A stretch of 64,000 nucleotides of DNA from Batkoa obscura (Eukaryota): contig JASVEC010000029.1 in NCBI GenBank assembly GCA_030770535.1, positions 124,001 to 188,000 of the forward strand, read 5' to 3'. Below the pieces are notes generated by a model. The model saw nothing but the letters and a program-made list of their open reading frames with translations, did no database searches and was not told the origin of the DNA. Positions 38,543-51,099 of the stretch are shown here, piece after piece. Numbering within the stretch: the stretch's first letter is position 1; each line of letters opens with the position of its first letter. The translations under genes were made by a program, and so were the position numbers.

Positions 38543-39151
38543 ACATGAATTTATTTGATTTAAAATAAAGTCTTTTAGAACAAAATTATTATGATAGATA
38601 TCAATATTTTTAAATAATAGTATACATAATTATTTTTATAGTATTAAAATCATCCCTCAACTTGCTGCTTTTAAACTCAAAGGAGTTCAATAGGATCTAA
38701 TTTTTTTTCTAGCTTTTAGTTCCTTTTTTTCCAGCTTTTAACCTCTATTTAATAACTTCTAAGCTCTCCTTGAGGTTAAAAAATCATCCTAAAGCGAGAT
38801 AATAGTCTTACCGCTTTTATTAAGTTTTTATTAAGAGTAAATATACCAGTTTTAGAATAAAGTAGGTGTTGGTCGGGGGCCCTAGCTACCCAAATGTTCC
38901 GCCTACCAACTTGAGGTTTTCACAATTCCATATTTTAAAGAATTTAAAGTTGGTATTAAAAACATTTAAGTATTAGTATAATATTAATAACAAAAACTTG
39001 ATGACTGAACTAAAAACAAATACTCTTATTTATATCGTATATTCCAATAGTTATAAAAATTCAATTGTTAAATGATATATAAAATTCAAAAGAATTTATG
39101 TTTAAAGTAAGATAGAAATCTCTTCATGATTATAAAAAATAAGTTGTATAT

Positions 39152-39444
39152 GGAGATGTATTTTTGTATTTAAGAATTTTACTAACAACTTTTTATAAAT
39201 TTTATTATTAAACAATTGTAATATTTATACTAATGAAATGATTTAATAATTGATTAACATTTCATGATTTGGCTTTAAAACTCATATACAGCATCATTCA
39301 TTAGAGTCAATATAAGGTTATTCTATCAGAGTCAATATAGAATTATTTATGAAATGTCTTTTTTGCTTATCAATTTTACTATCAGTTTTTCACTTAAATA
39401 CCACCTAAAAAATGGAAAAAGTGATGAAACCAAAAAGCACCCCT
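39152..39444 (+). mobile_element. truncated and degenerate MITE family A pieces (39152-39190 and ~39350-39444)
   Basis: Partial consensus matches. Confidence 0.55.
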
Positions 39445-39801
39445 ATATTATGATTGATAGAATAACAAGTAACATTACATGAATCAGTAATATAATAACA
39501 ACCTAATATGCAAACAAAATATGATTGAAGGATACAACAATTCAATAGTTGTTATCACAGTATCTTTAATTGAAGTGTAATAGCCTCGATTTGACCTAAT
39601 ATTTGATATAAAATAAAAATAACTAATCCTTTCATGTTATATTAAAAAATTTATTATATAATAATATCAAGTTCTCAAAGATTTATACGCTTAGTTTCTA
39701 AAAAGATGTTTATAAGTTTATTATTAATATTACATTTTATTAATGCAGTTATTTAAATTAGCTCTATTTAAAGCAAGAATTATTAAGATGGAGTTAGTCG
39801 T

Positions 39802-40267
39802 TTATAATAAAGAAGCTGCAAAGTTTAGCCAAAAGTTAATAGAGACTCCTAAGATAACTGAAATAATCAATATTATAGGTCCTAATCTTTCATCTAAAAA
39901 ATGAGTCAATAAGTTTTTAAAAATTAAATTAAATTAAATTACCATAAAAGCCAATCTCCTTATTGCTGATCTTATTTGCTCTCCAGCGGAAAACTATATA
40001 GGAGTATATCATAAGCGCAACTGAAAGGATAGCAAAAATAGAAGCAGAGTAAAACCCAGCTGGGGTATCGGAATAATTTAATAATGCTATTGATAATGAG
40101 CCTAAGATTAGAGAGAATTTCAACCATGATAAAAATGTTCTCTCATTAGCAAAAAATCCTTTTGGGTTAGGGGGTTTACTTGTTGGTGGAGTTGCATTTT
40201 CATTTATTCTTTCATAACATGAAAATCCTAATTGAGCTAATACACTTTGTAAAAAATTTTGAGTCAT
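39802..40267 (-). CDS. VTC1: vacuolar transporter chaperone Vtc1-like (DUF202, 3 TM); 2 exons
   Basis: [22 protein letters not shown]...FRWRANKI...FY|DERLGPIILII...INFWLNF. Confidence 0.85.
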
Positions 40268-41696
40268 TGTAATACAATAAAAAATTGAATTCCCTTTTGA
40301 ACTTTATTTAAAATTATTTTTTTATTAAATTATAAAGTTAACAAATCATTGATAACCTTCAATTTTATGCTTAATTTTATTTGATAAACCCATTTTTTTG
40401 ATTACACACTAATGATGAGAGGTATAGTTTAGGAATGAAGATATTTGAAGAACTGCTGGATATAGAATGTTAGAAGATTATAGGAATTCTTTGATGAGTA
40501 TTTCTAATTTTAAAGATATTGGGAAGTCAGCTTTTCTTTAGCGGATAACGACTCCTTTTCAACTTTACTAAGGCCCAAACCATTTTAATTGAAAAAGGGA
40601 TAATTTAATTAAAAGTAATAATTTAGTTAAAAAATAAATTAAGTATAATGAGTACAACCATCCATGAATATAGAAGATTGGGGTTTTTTTTAACACTAAT
40701 CTTCAATTGTCTTTTAATAAAACTTGTGATATTTTTTATCTATTTTTAAAATTAGAGTTAAGTCCTTTCGATTGTGACCTACTCATGATATAAAACACTT
40801 TAAACTATACTCATAATATATTTAATTTCATTTTGTTAATATTTTTTATTTACAATATTTAATGAAGGAATATAACTATTTCATAATGTACTCTATTAAT
40901 TGAATAGACTAAATTGTATATAAAACATACATAGGTTTATTAGAATATATTAGATACGAGAATTGTATAATTCCACCTTTTATTATTTCTGAGGGTGGAA
41001 CTTTTGTTGTACAAAATAGTATTTTTTTTAAAAAGTTGGAATATATTTATTATTAGTTGTTAAAATAGCTGTAATCTTCACTATAATGGCTAAACCGTAA
41101 TTATATACATTGAAGCGATATACCTTTTGAGAATATCAGCTCTAAATAGTAAACTAAAAATAATCGCAGGGGATGGTATTAAAGCATATTCTATGACTTA
41201 ACATTTCATTTTATTTAGATAACCTTGGTTTCACCCTTTAATTAACTGTCGCCCTTTGGTTAATTTGATATAATAATTTTAGAATAAATATCATACACTA
41301 GTATATTAGTATTGTTAGTGTTATAAACATCATATCTTATTTTTATAGTATTATATAATTAAAGTTCTAATAAAGTATATAATAATGTATAATTTACATT
41401 GAAACAGATATGCAATCATATTCTTTGATGATTTAAAAATCACAGAAAATATAATTATTTGTGCAAAAATGATACCTATTAATATGGCCCAAATCCCCAA
41501 AAATAGTAATAAAAAAAAGAAGTCGCGGTCATTTTCTAATTTCATTTTTAAGCATAATATCTACTAAGATTGTGGTTACGTTACACCAATTATCTCTCTA
41601 AATTAAATTTAAATAAGAAGTAGAAATTTAATTAATCTTTATCTTTTTCATCTTTTTCATCTTAACTTTGAATTTAATAAAAGATACTTTAGCATT

Positions 41697-43873
41697 ATGA
41701 AGTTTGGTCAGCAGCTTAATAATTCATTGTATTCAGAATGGCGATTCTATTACATTGACTATGATGGTCTTAAACGTTTGATAAGGACAAAAGATTCCTC
41801 CCAGTTTAATGAAGACGATGAAGCAAGGTTCGTAGAATTCCTTGAAAAGGACTTAGAAAAAGTAAGCTTTACTAATTCTACTATATTTAAATTAATTATT
41901 AAAAACACCAGGTTTCTGCTTTTCAAAGTATAAAAACTGGCGAAATTAATCGTCGTATACAGCATTGCGAAGTTTTGGTCAATGGGATTGCATCAAATCC
42001 CGATGCCAGCTCTTCTGAAATTCAGAACGCAGAGGATGAAATTAATAGAGTCATACCAGAAGTTAATGAGCTTGCCAAGTTTACTCGTTTGAATTATACT
42101 GGGTTTTTGAAGATTATCAAAAAACATGATAAGTATGCTGGGTACATCTTAAAGCCAATGTTTTTGGTTCGTTTAAATAGCAAACCTTTCTTTAAAGAGA
42201 ACTTTGATGCACTCCTCTTGAAGCTTTCTAAATTGTATGCTATTGTTCGTAACGACGTTCCTATTATGAATGGTCAACCATCCCATGGTCCACAAACTAG
42301 AATTTGTCGAACCGTCAAGTATTGGGTACACCCTGATAACGTTATGGAACTCAAACTCTACGTATTGAAGAGTCTCCCAGTATTAGTTTACAATGGAAAA
42401 TCCAATCAAACAGGAAAAGTAGATCCAAGAACTTCTTCTATTTATTTAGATAATGACAATTTCGATATCTATAATGATCGTATTGAGAAAAAAGAAAATT
42501 CAACAACTTATTGCCTTACCTGGTTTGGAGGTGAAGATAATAGTGAAATATTTGTTGAAAAGAAATCGCTTAGAGAAGGTTGGATGGGAGAGACGCATAC
42601 CAAACAACAATTCCGTATCAAAGAGAAGTACGTCAATGGTTTCCTTAATGACGAAAAGGTTATGGAACGAGCAATAGGTAAGTTAAAGGATTCTAATGAA
42701 CTTTCTGAAGACCAAATCGAAGCTATTGAGCAACTCTCTGATGAGATCCAACTCGCAATTACCCAACGCCAACTTAAGCCGGTGCTTCGTACTTTCTATA
42801 ACCGTACCGCTTTCCAAATGCCTGGAGATTCTTCTGTCAGAATAACTCTTGATTCAGAGGTAGCAATGATTAGAGAAGATAATTTAGATAAACAACGACG
42901 TGGTGATAACTGGCGTCGCACTGATTTAGGAGCCAAATATCCTTTCGGCAATCTCCCATCATCTGATATCGTGCGTTTCCCTTATTCTATCCTTGAAGTC
43001 AAATTAGAAACTAGTGCTGGAGGCCCTACCCCTAAATGGGTTGACAATTTGGTTAACTCCCATTTAGTTGAACCAGTCCCTAACTTTTCCAAATATATCC
43101 ACGGCATTGCCTCTCTTATGGAAAACAGAGTTTCTCTTTTACCTTTCTGGCTTCCACAAATGGATAAAGATATACGCAGAGCTCCTTCTCCATCATTCAA
43201 ACTTTCTTCCCATGGTACATCTACTCGTGATAATTCATCCCAATCTATTTCTAATGGCACTGCTAGTACTGTATCCCGCGATGGTGAAGTACGTATTGAT
43301 ATGTATGAACCTACTCAATCTTACTCTACCTTCAATAAATCACAAGCGAAGTCTAATGGTCACTCTACTAAAGCTCAAAACAGTAGTGATGAACGTGCTC
43401 CATTACTTCTTAATGGAAAACCTCAAGAGCAATCATCAAGCTTAGGCCTTTTCGGTAACTTGTTTTCAAAGCAAAGTACTAGTGCAAGGAATCAAGTAGC
43501 TCAAAATGACAGAAATAAAGCAGTGGATAAAAGGATATCCATTCCAGTTCGAGTTGAGCCTAAAGTGTTCTTTGCTAATGAACGTACCTTCTTATCTTGG
43601 TTAAACTTTGCTTTAGTTTTAGGAGGTTTAGCTTTAGGTCTTTTAAATTTTGGTGATTGGGTTGGTCAAATCTCAGGCTTAATTTTTACTATAATTGCAC
43701 TACTTGTTATGGTTTACGCACTATTTGTTTTCCAATGGCGTGCGGAAAAGATTCGCCGTCGGGAACCTGGTCCTTACGATGATAGGGCAGGTCCTATACT
43801 TTTAGTCGCTGTTATTTTTATCGCTGTATTGATCAATTTCTGGCTTAAATTTAGTAGTCTAACCAGCCCTTAA
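41697..43873 (+). CDS. Vtc4-like SPX + polyphosphate polymerase (TTM) + DUF202 protein with altered catalytic arginines; 2 exons
   Basis: SPX MKFG...YIDYDGLK...[55 protein letters not shown]; intron 41862-41911. Confidence 0.9.
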
Positions 43874-45103
43874 ACGTCGAAAGGGCTTTTAATCGAAGCA
43901 GGAATTATATCTTCTCTTTAATACACATTTCAACTCCGCATAATCTAGAGTATACCTTATAAATCAATTTAATATAATCAAATGTAATTAAAAGCAAACT
44001 TTGAAATTAAATTACTTTTCAGCTATGCAATCACTTTTAATTTTTAATAAATCTAAACCTACTTGTCTGCTATTTATCTTGAGTTCTAATTAAGTTTTTA
44101 TCGTATCATACATTTGATAATATAGTGTTTTGACATGGTATTGAAAATAGCAGTCCAACTTTAAGTTTGAATGGGAGCGTTCAATACTAAAGTCAATGGC
44201 TATATATAATGCTTATAATATTATTATTATAACAGTAATAGATGTGTTAGATAGTAAAGAAGAAAGTTAAATAAGAGATTAAAAATCAACATTTTATTAT
44301 GAAAAGTTGATTATGTTAACTAGTATTTCAATTAGCGTTATTGATTTTATAATTTATCATTCAAAAAAATTCAAGCTGTGTTACAGGATTTGTTATACAA
44401 AATAAACTCAATTCTTTTAGAAGAATCCACCAATAAGTAGTTTTAGTTTTGTCAGCATTTTTAAATATAAATTTAACTTTCAGGGGTTGTTTTTTTTTAC
44501 AAAATCAAGCTTAAAACCCCCTTTATTCTCCAATATAGTTGTCAAATCTCAATTATGCAACAGCTAATTGTTCATTTAAGAATAAAAAAGTTAAACATAA
44601 ACTACTAAATCATAGGGTTGGGCTTTAAAAAAAGTATCCAAATAAATAATAGCCGAAGAAATTTTGCAAGGAATTACATATTTGAGTTCTAAAAACTGTA
44701 AGCAAAATCAAAGGAGTAGTTTGTATGACGTAATGGGATTCATTGAAAAAATACTGCTCTCGCTACTACCAACTCAAACTATAATTAAATATTTGCTAAC
44801 AATTTTATTTTAATTGTTACAACAGTACTCATTATCATTAATTTCTTTATATCGTTGCTTCATAATATGCATAAAAAAATTAATTTTTCTTTAATTATTT
44901 AAAATAAATAAGTTGGTACTATTATTTTAATCAAACAAATGTAAAAAAATGATATTTTGATCCAATTTATTTGGAAAGTATAATATAATGTGTATTATTT
45001 TAAAGCACCACAAATAGTTAAGTAATAGCTTGAATGTTTACTTTACTATCGATCATAATACATTTGTTATAAATAAAAACTAAAATAAAATAAAGGAGGG
45101 TAT

Positions 45104-45199
45104 GGGGATGTTTTTGGTTTCATTACTTTTTCCATTTTTTAAGCGCTATTTGAGTGGGAAGATTATTAGTAAAATTCTTAAACAAAAAAATACATCCCC
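45104..45199 (-). mobile_element. MITE family A
   Basis: GGGGATGT...ACATCCCC; flanks GTAT/ATAT. Confidence 0.85.
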
Positions 45200-45530
45200 A
45201 TATCATCAAATCTTTAAAGACCGGGGGCCTAAAAGCATTAAAACCAACCTTGATCTTTTTAATTTTTAAATATTATTTAGAAAATTTAAGAAATGAAATT
45301 TAAGTATTAGTAAATTTAAAAATTTACTAATGCCGATTTTTTGATTAAAATTAGCATTTTAATACTGCTTTAACTACTACTGTTCAAAGATAATGAGATA
45401 TTTGATTATTTTAATGACAATTGATAATAAATAATTAAGATATTATTTTAAATATATATTTTATTATAAAGTGTGTTAAATTTGTCAGAAATATAAAATT
45501 TAAATGATTTAAAGATGAAGAGATTGAATG

Positions 45531-45953
45531 TTAATTATAAGCGAGGGAATAGTTGAATTGAACCATTCTCATACATTTTTTGAACTTTTTGAATTCTTGA
45601 GGTGACCTCTTTGGTCCGTGGTTTTTCAATGTAACATGAGTATTAAGATGATTTAAAGCACCATACGATTTTGTACAGCCTGTATGATTACATTTGAATA
45701 CTCTTTCTATTTCTATATACTTTCTGCGGTTCCTTATTTTCACTTTCTGTTCTTGGTTATCCTCAGGAGAGGTCGAACGTGTATCTACGATGTAACTTTG
45801 GTTACCGCTATAACTTGTGGTACCAAAATCAAAAGATGGGAGAATATCTCTACTTGAAGCAAACGTAGAAGGGAAAAGGAATCTAATTGAGGGAAGGTTT
45901 GTGCTATTACAACTTTGAGTAGAATCTTGATTTAATATATGTATCAATTTCAT
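45531..45953 (-). CDS. Con7-type C2H2 zinc-finger protein, paralog 2 (intronless, 140 aa)
   Basis: RNRRKYIEIERVFKCNHTGCTKSYGALNHLNTHVTLKNHGPKRSPQEF. Confidence 0.85.
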   Translation of the reverse strand: MKLIHILNQDSTQSCNSTNLPSIRFLFPSTFASSRDILPSFDFGTTSYSGNQSYIVDTRSTSPEDNQEQKVKIRNRRKYIEIERVFKCNHTGCTKSYGALNHLNTHVTLKNHGPKRSPQEFKKFKKCMRMVQFNYSLAYN

Positions 45954-48381
45954 TTTGTTAAGTAAACAATTTTCAAAAAAAGTATGGAAAAGGATTCACT
46001 ATTCTATCCTTTTATATTACATTTGCTTCCTAAAAGTATGCTTAATTTAAGGGTTTAATCCTATAAAATTTATATTTAGTTTTAGTTAATGTCATTAATT
46101 ATAAAATATTATACCAATTTAGTTAGTTAAAGAATTAGATTAACTTTTTATGGCAACCTTATCCTTAATAATATTTCCCTTTCAATAAATTATTGATTAT
46201 AGAATAAGGAGAAATTAACTATAGATATGAGCCTTGAAAATACTTTGAGAGAAGTTAACACCCATTGATTAATAAAATACCGTTTTTTAAAGTGTATTAT
46301 CCAAACAATTCCGTTTTCATTTGTTACTATAATCTTTTTAATTAAGCATGCCTTTTAGTGTGAAAAAGTTATCTTTGTTCCTTTTTTTATTGTTTTGGGT
46401 GTGTTTTTAGAGCGAAATAGAAAAGGATAGTTTCATTGAAGGGTCTTAAAATGATGGTATACCCATCTCCGATATAGTTAAACTTTATTAAGATATTTGA
46501 TTCTATTTCACACTTTATTTTTCATATAAAATCTAGCCCTATTCATTGAAACTCGGAATATTAAAACGTTTTATACTTTATTATAGCAATAATAAAGTTG
46601 TAAGTTGCGTCTTATGTATTAGTAACTATTATATTCTAAAGAATAAAGGTAAAAGCATTAAAAGTAGAATTTTAAAAAATAAAATTATATAGATGATAGC
46701 AAAACTTCAAGCTTCAACTTTATGAAATAAAATAAGAGTTTAATAAACAAGTTATGTTATGATCCTCTTTAAATTATTTTTTCCTTAATTTGTATAGAAA
46801 ACTAGCTACTTACACTAAAAATATACAGCTCACATCACAAATCTAAACCAGATTCTTAACATCCACAAAATTTTCTAAATTTAGGTACAAAACTAATAAT
46901 TCAAATCCTGCTCATTATTAATTTATTTAAGAAAAGTTATATTATTTTAATATCTGAAATGTTTTGAAGACTTATAAAACATCTAACTAACAAGCATATG
47001 GAATAACTTATTTTGAAATTTTACTTTAGCTTGATACATTTATTAAATTTAACAACTAAAATAAAGTGTAGGAAGGATATTTAATTTTAAAGTTATAAAA
47101 TTAAAATTAATTTAATAAAGTTTAAAAAGGCTTTAAATTGTATAAATTCAAACTTATTACTTTTATCAACTGCTAAAACTCTATCCTTAAAAGTAAAAGA
47201 TAGGTATTTTAAATGTAATATTTTGTTATTATTAATAAGGTAATGAGACCGATCTTAAATTAAGATTACCCCATATTATTTGATATTACTCCATAAATTT
47301 CACTGGCTAAAAGTTTATTACTAACCAAAATAATAAGTCAACCCTTAAAGTTAAGTTTAATTAAACTTGTTACTTGTTAAAGGAGAATTTTTTAAAATAT
47401 TCATCTAAAAACACATTGATTATTATTTATAAATAGTTTAGTTATACACCTTTTAAATTAATTTTTTCTAGTAATTTAACATTTTATTTACAATCATTTT
47501 ATTTATTCTAGCTATGATTTAATAAAGTTTAGAAAAAAAATAGTTTTTAGTTTAGTTTGATAAATATATTTTTATACCAAGTGAATATTTTATTTTATGA
47601 AATGTAAAATTAATACACCTTTGTAATTAAATCTCTCCAATAAATTTAAATCTGATTGTTAACAAAAGTTCGTTTTGTGTGGATAGCCTGTAAGTTTAGA
47701 ACATTTTTTATTTAATTACATAAAAAATAAAGTTTTGCCATTATTATTACTTTTTGTATAATATATAACTATGACGTTAACATTTAAAATAATGTTTTTC
47801 AAAGCTTTGATTTTAATAAGAAAATCAATATAATTTGAAATAATAAAAAATATACTGTATGACTTATTATCATTTTAAAGAATATACGAATATAATTGAA
47901 GTCAGAGATTAAGCATTATACATATCAAATTATCAATTAATTAAATAAAACTAAAACATTGAAATATAATACATATTGAGTCCAATTTTGATTAATTTTT
48001 TACTTTATTAGCTTACTGAAAATATATCTATTTTTGATTTAACTAAAGAGTTAACTTTTTAACAGGATACTATTAGGTAGTTAAAACCTTAATTATAATT
48101 CTATTTTAATGTTTTTTACTATTTTTAGCAAAAAAGTAACAGTTTAGACACACAAGTTATTTAAGCATACATTGTATAGCTTCATTGTGAATTGTAGCTT
48201 AATCTACTTGAGGTTTAATACCATGATACATTAATGCTACCCATAGGATAAATTTATACCATAGTGAATAAAAAGGCCGATTGCAAATGATAAATGTATT
48301 TATTATAAAATAAATATCAATTATACCGATTTATTATTTCTCTCTTTTTTAAGCCTTAGCAAAATACCAAATTATATAAAA

Positions 48382-48477
48382 GGGGATGTATTTTTTGTTT
48401 AAGAATTTCACTAATAGCTTTTCCACTCAAGTAGTGCTTAAAAAATGGAAAAAGCGATGAAATAAAAAAACATCCCC
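48382..48477 (+). mobile_element. MITE family A
   Basis: GGGGATGT...ACATCCCC; TSD AAAA/AAAA. Confidence 0.85.
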
Positions 48478-49273
48478 AAAAGATGTTTGTTTTTAGTATA
48501 ATTAGCATGTTTTTATTTAAACTAAAGGGTACATGAGCTTATAATTAAACTCATTGTCACTTAACTGACACCTTAATTTTAACTTAAATGCCATATAATA
48601 TTAAGTTGTACAAATGTATAATAACCATAGGCTAGAATTTCTAAAAGGCTGACTTCACGATCTTAAAAGTGGGAGAATTAAAAAGTTGATTTCATTTTTT
48701 TTTACCCTTCCCCTCTTTTTTTAGTATTCTTTAATTAAATTTGAATTAAATTTTTAGTTATAGTCCGTATTTACCCTGAAACTTCAAATTAAATGTTTGT
48801 TTAATTTAGTACATACATTGATTGCTAGTATTCTCAGATTTTTGTTAATTTTAAACGTTATTGTTGTTTAATTTTATTACCTTAGGTTTAAATCACAGTA
48901 TACTATGAAATTAATAATCTGGAAAAAAATTAAAATCGAAAAATTTTAAGCTTAATCAAGCAATGTATAAAGTTAGTGCTTCAAAGGAAACAGGAAATAA
49001 AAACTAATGAGTAGCATTATTATTAATATAACTTTAGTATATTTTTTGATAAATGTAAAAGTTTTGGATTTAATATAAGTAAAAATCAATATAATTATTT
49101 AAAAATAATTAATAACAAAATACCAACATTGTAACTTATTATTGAAAACACAAAAAAATTAATGATGAGCAAATTAAAATTATTATACAATATTTACTTA
49201 ATAATTCAACTATTTTATTAAGATTTAATAAAAAAGATGATGATAATAAATATTCATTAAATAATATATATAT

Positions 49274-49475
49274 GGGGATGTATTTTTGTGTTTAAGAATT
49301 TTACTAACAATCTTTCCGCTGAAATAGCGTTTAAAAGATAGAAAAAATAATGAAGCTAAAAAAAACACCCCCATATAAGGGTGTTTTTTTTAGCTTCATT
49401 ATTTTTTCTATCTTTTAAACGCTATTTCAGCGGAAAGATTGTTAGTAAAATTCTTAAATAAAAAAATGCATCCCC
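49274..49475. mobile_element. inverted pair of MITE family A copies (49274-49372 and 49377-49475) forming a ~200-bp palindrome
   Basis: Copies separated only by ATAT and almost perfectly complementary. Confidence 0.9.
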
Positions 49476-49579
49476 ATTTACTAACCAAGTAAGTAGCTTA
49501 TTAAATGATAAAACTTTTAATTTTATTATTATTATTGTAAAATAAGCTGTGGTTGATCTTTTAGTTTTTTTTATAATGC

Positions 49580-50055
49580 TGTGAAAGTTGGAACTCAGAG
49601 GTTAGAGTCAAAAGTAGTTCTTGCTTGATTAACTAACCATGAGTCGAACGGTCTTAGTTTATGTAAGATAGACTTAAATTAGTAAGAATAGTGCGCAACA
49701 GGCTATGAACTATGTAAAACAAATAGAATAGAAGATACTACTGTAAATCTACGTAAGATATCGTGAGGAAGACTTAGTGACTTTATTAATAATACGATAT
49801 CAGGGAGTAATTCAGCTAAAAAGCTTCGAGTTATCATGTTAAAGAATCTCTTTTATACTCCAACTGGGTGGCTATATATAGGGAACATGATAACAGTTAT
49901 TCCTTATTATAGTTCCCAAGTATGGATAATAAAACGTGGGCAATAAGTTCTTCGTGATCAGGTGGTAAGAATTCCCACAGCAAATCTATATAAGGAGCTC
50001 TGAATTGATCATTATGCTATAATCAACCATGGAGCTAATGAAGCGATATCTCACA
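49580..50055 (+). mobile_element. solo LTR, copy 2 of 3
   Basis: TGTGAAAG...ATCTCACA; TSD ATGC/ATGC; TATATA box near 49873 followed by AATAAA near 49928 sets the orientation. Confidence 0.82.
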
Positions 50056-50472
50056 ATGCTCAATAAAAAAAGTTAAAATTTAAGCTATTATTTATTTTAT
50101 AAATTTTTATAAATATATAATATAAAACTTTTAGTATTTAAAATAATTTTTATATTTGCTTATATAAACTTTTTGAATAAAAGCTATTTAGACATTAAAT
50201 TAACTCACAGTTTCATGTATATGCTAAATTATAATCTAATATTTCAGACAAATAATTAGAATAAGTTTTACTTATTATTTTATCATTTTTTAAATATAAA
50301 ACTAAAAACTAATACTAATATAGCTTGTTTATTATGATGACTTAAATTTATTAAATCTGGTTTTATTTTTATTTTTGTTTTCATATTTTATTTAAAGTTT
50401 AAAATTATTATGCAAAAAACAACCAAATATTAATTGCAGGCAAAAAGTACTATTTTTATGTCAAAGTGTACC

Positions 50473-50719
50473 CAGATTTGTTTATAAAATACAAATAGTA
50501 AATGTAAAAACTGTCTCGGAATTTCAAAGATTTGACTTTTAGTATTAATTTCTCGGTAAAAAAAACTAAGAGTTAGTATTATTGTCTTTCTATTATATAT
50601 ATTCAATAATGTGTGTATGAAATATTAACTTTTGTTTTTTTTTACTGAGAAATTAATATTAAAAGTCAAAGCTTTGAGATTCCGAGACAGTTTTTATGTT
50701 TACTGTATAAACAAGTCTA
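50473..50719. repeat. long imperfect inverted repeat (~100-bp arms), foldback element
   Basis: TAAAAACTGTCTCGGAATTTCAAAGATTTGACTTTTAGTATTAATTTCTCGGTAAAAAAAA pairs with TTTTTTTTACTGAGAAATTAATATTAAAAGTCAAAGCTTTGAGATTCCGAGACAGTTTTTA. Confidence 0.8.
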
Positions 50720-50769
50720 TGTATAAATCTATTAATGTGCAAAAAAGCATAAAATCACTTCATAAACAT

Positions 50770-50872
50770 AAGCACATTTTAAATATAACTCTGCTCAAAA
50801 CAAATGAGACTGTTTACTAAGAGCTATTTAATAAATCAGTCTCATTTATTTTGAGTAAGGTTGTATGTGCTT
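50770..50872. repeat. second imperfect hairpin next to the foldback
   Basis: AAGCACA...CTCAAAACAAATGAGACTG pairs with CAGTCTCATTTATTTTGAG...TGTGCTT. Confidence 0.7.
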
Positions 50873-51017
50873 AAAATTATTACTTGAATTAATAAAAAGC
50901 TAGAAAGTGAATTCTTTATTAAAAATAAGTGGTAAACAAAACGTTAAATTATTTCACCTCCAATTAAACTAAAAAAAGATGTTAAAATAGTGTTAATGAA
51001 GCTAATTTTAAATATAT

Positions 51018-51099
51018 GGAGATGTCTCTTTTTGTTTAAGAATTTTTCCAAATAACATTTAAAAATGGAAAAAATGATGAAATCAAAAAAGAGATACCC
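51018..51099 (+). mobile_element. MITE family A (internally deleted)
   Basis: GGAGATGT...GATACCC; TSD ATAT/ATAT. Confidence 0.65.

Noticed and set aside
16905..43445. ORFs nested in real genes (16905, 18377, 22120, 30906, 41759, 42453, 42982, 43068)
   Set aside because: Antisense or alternative-frame shadows with no motifs.
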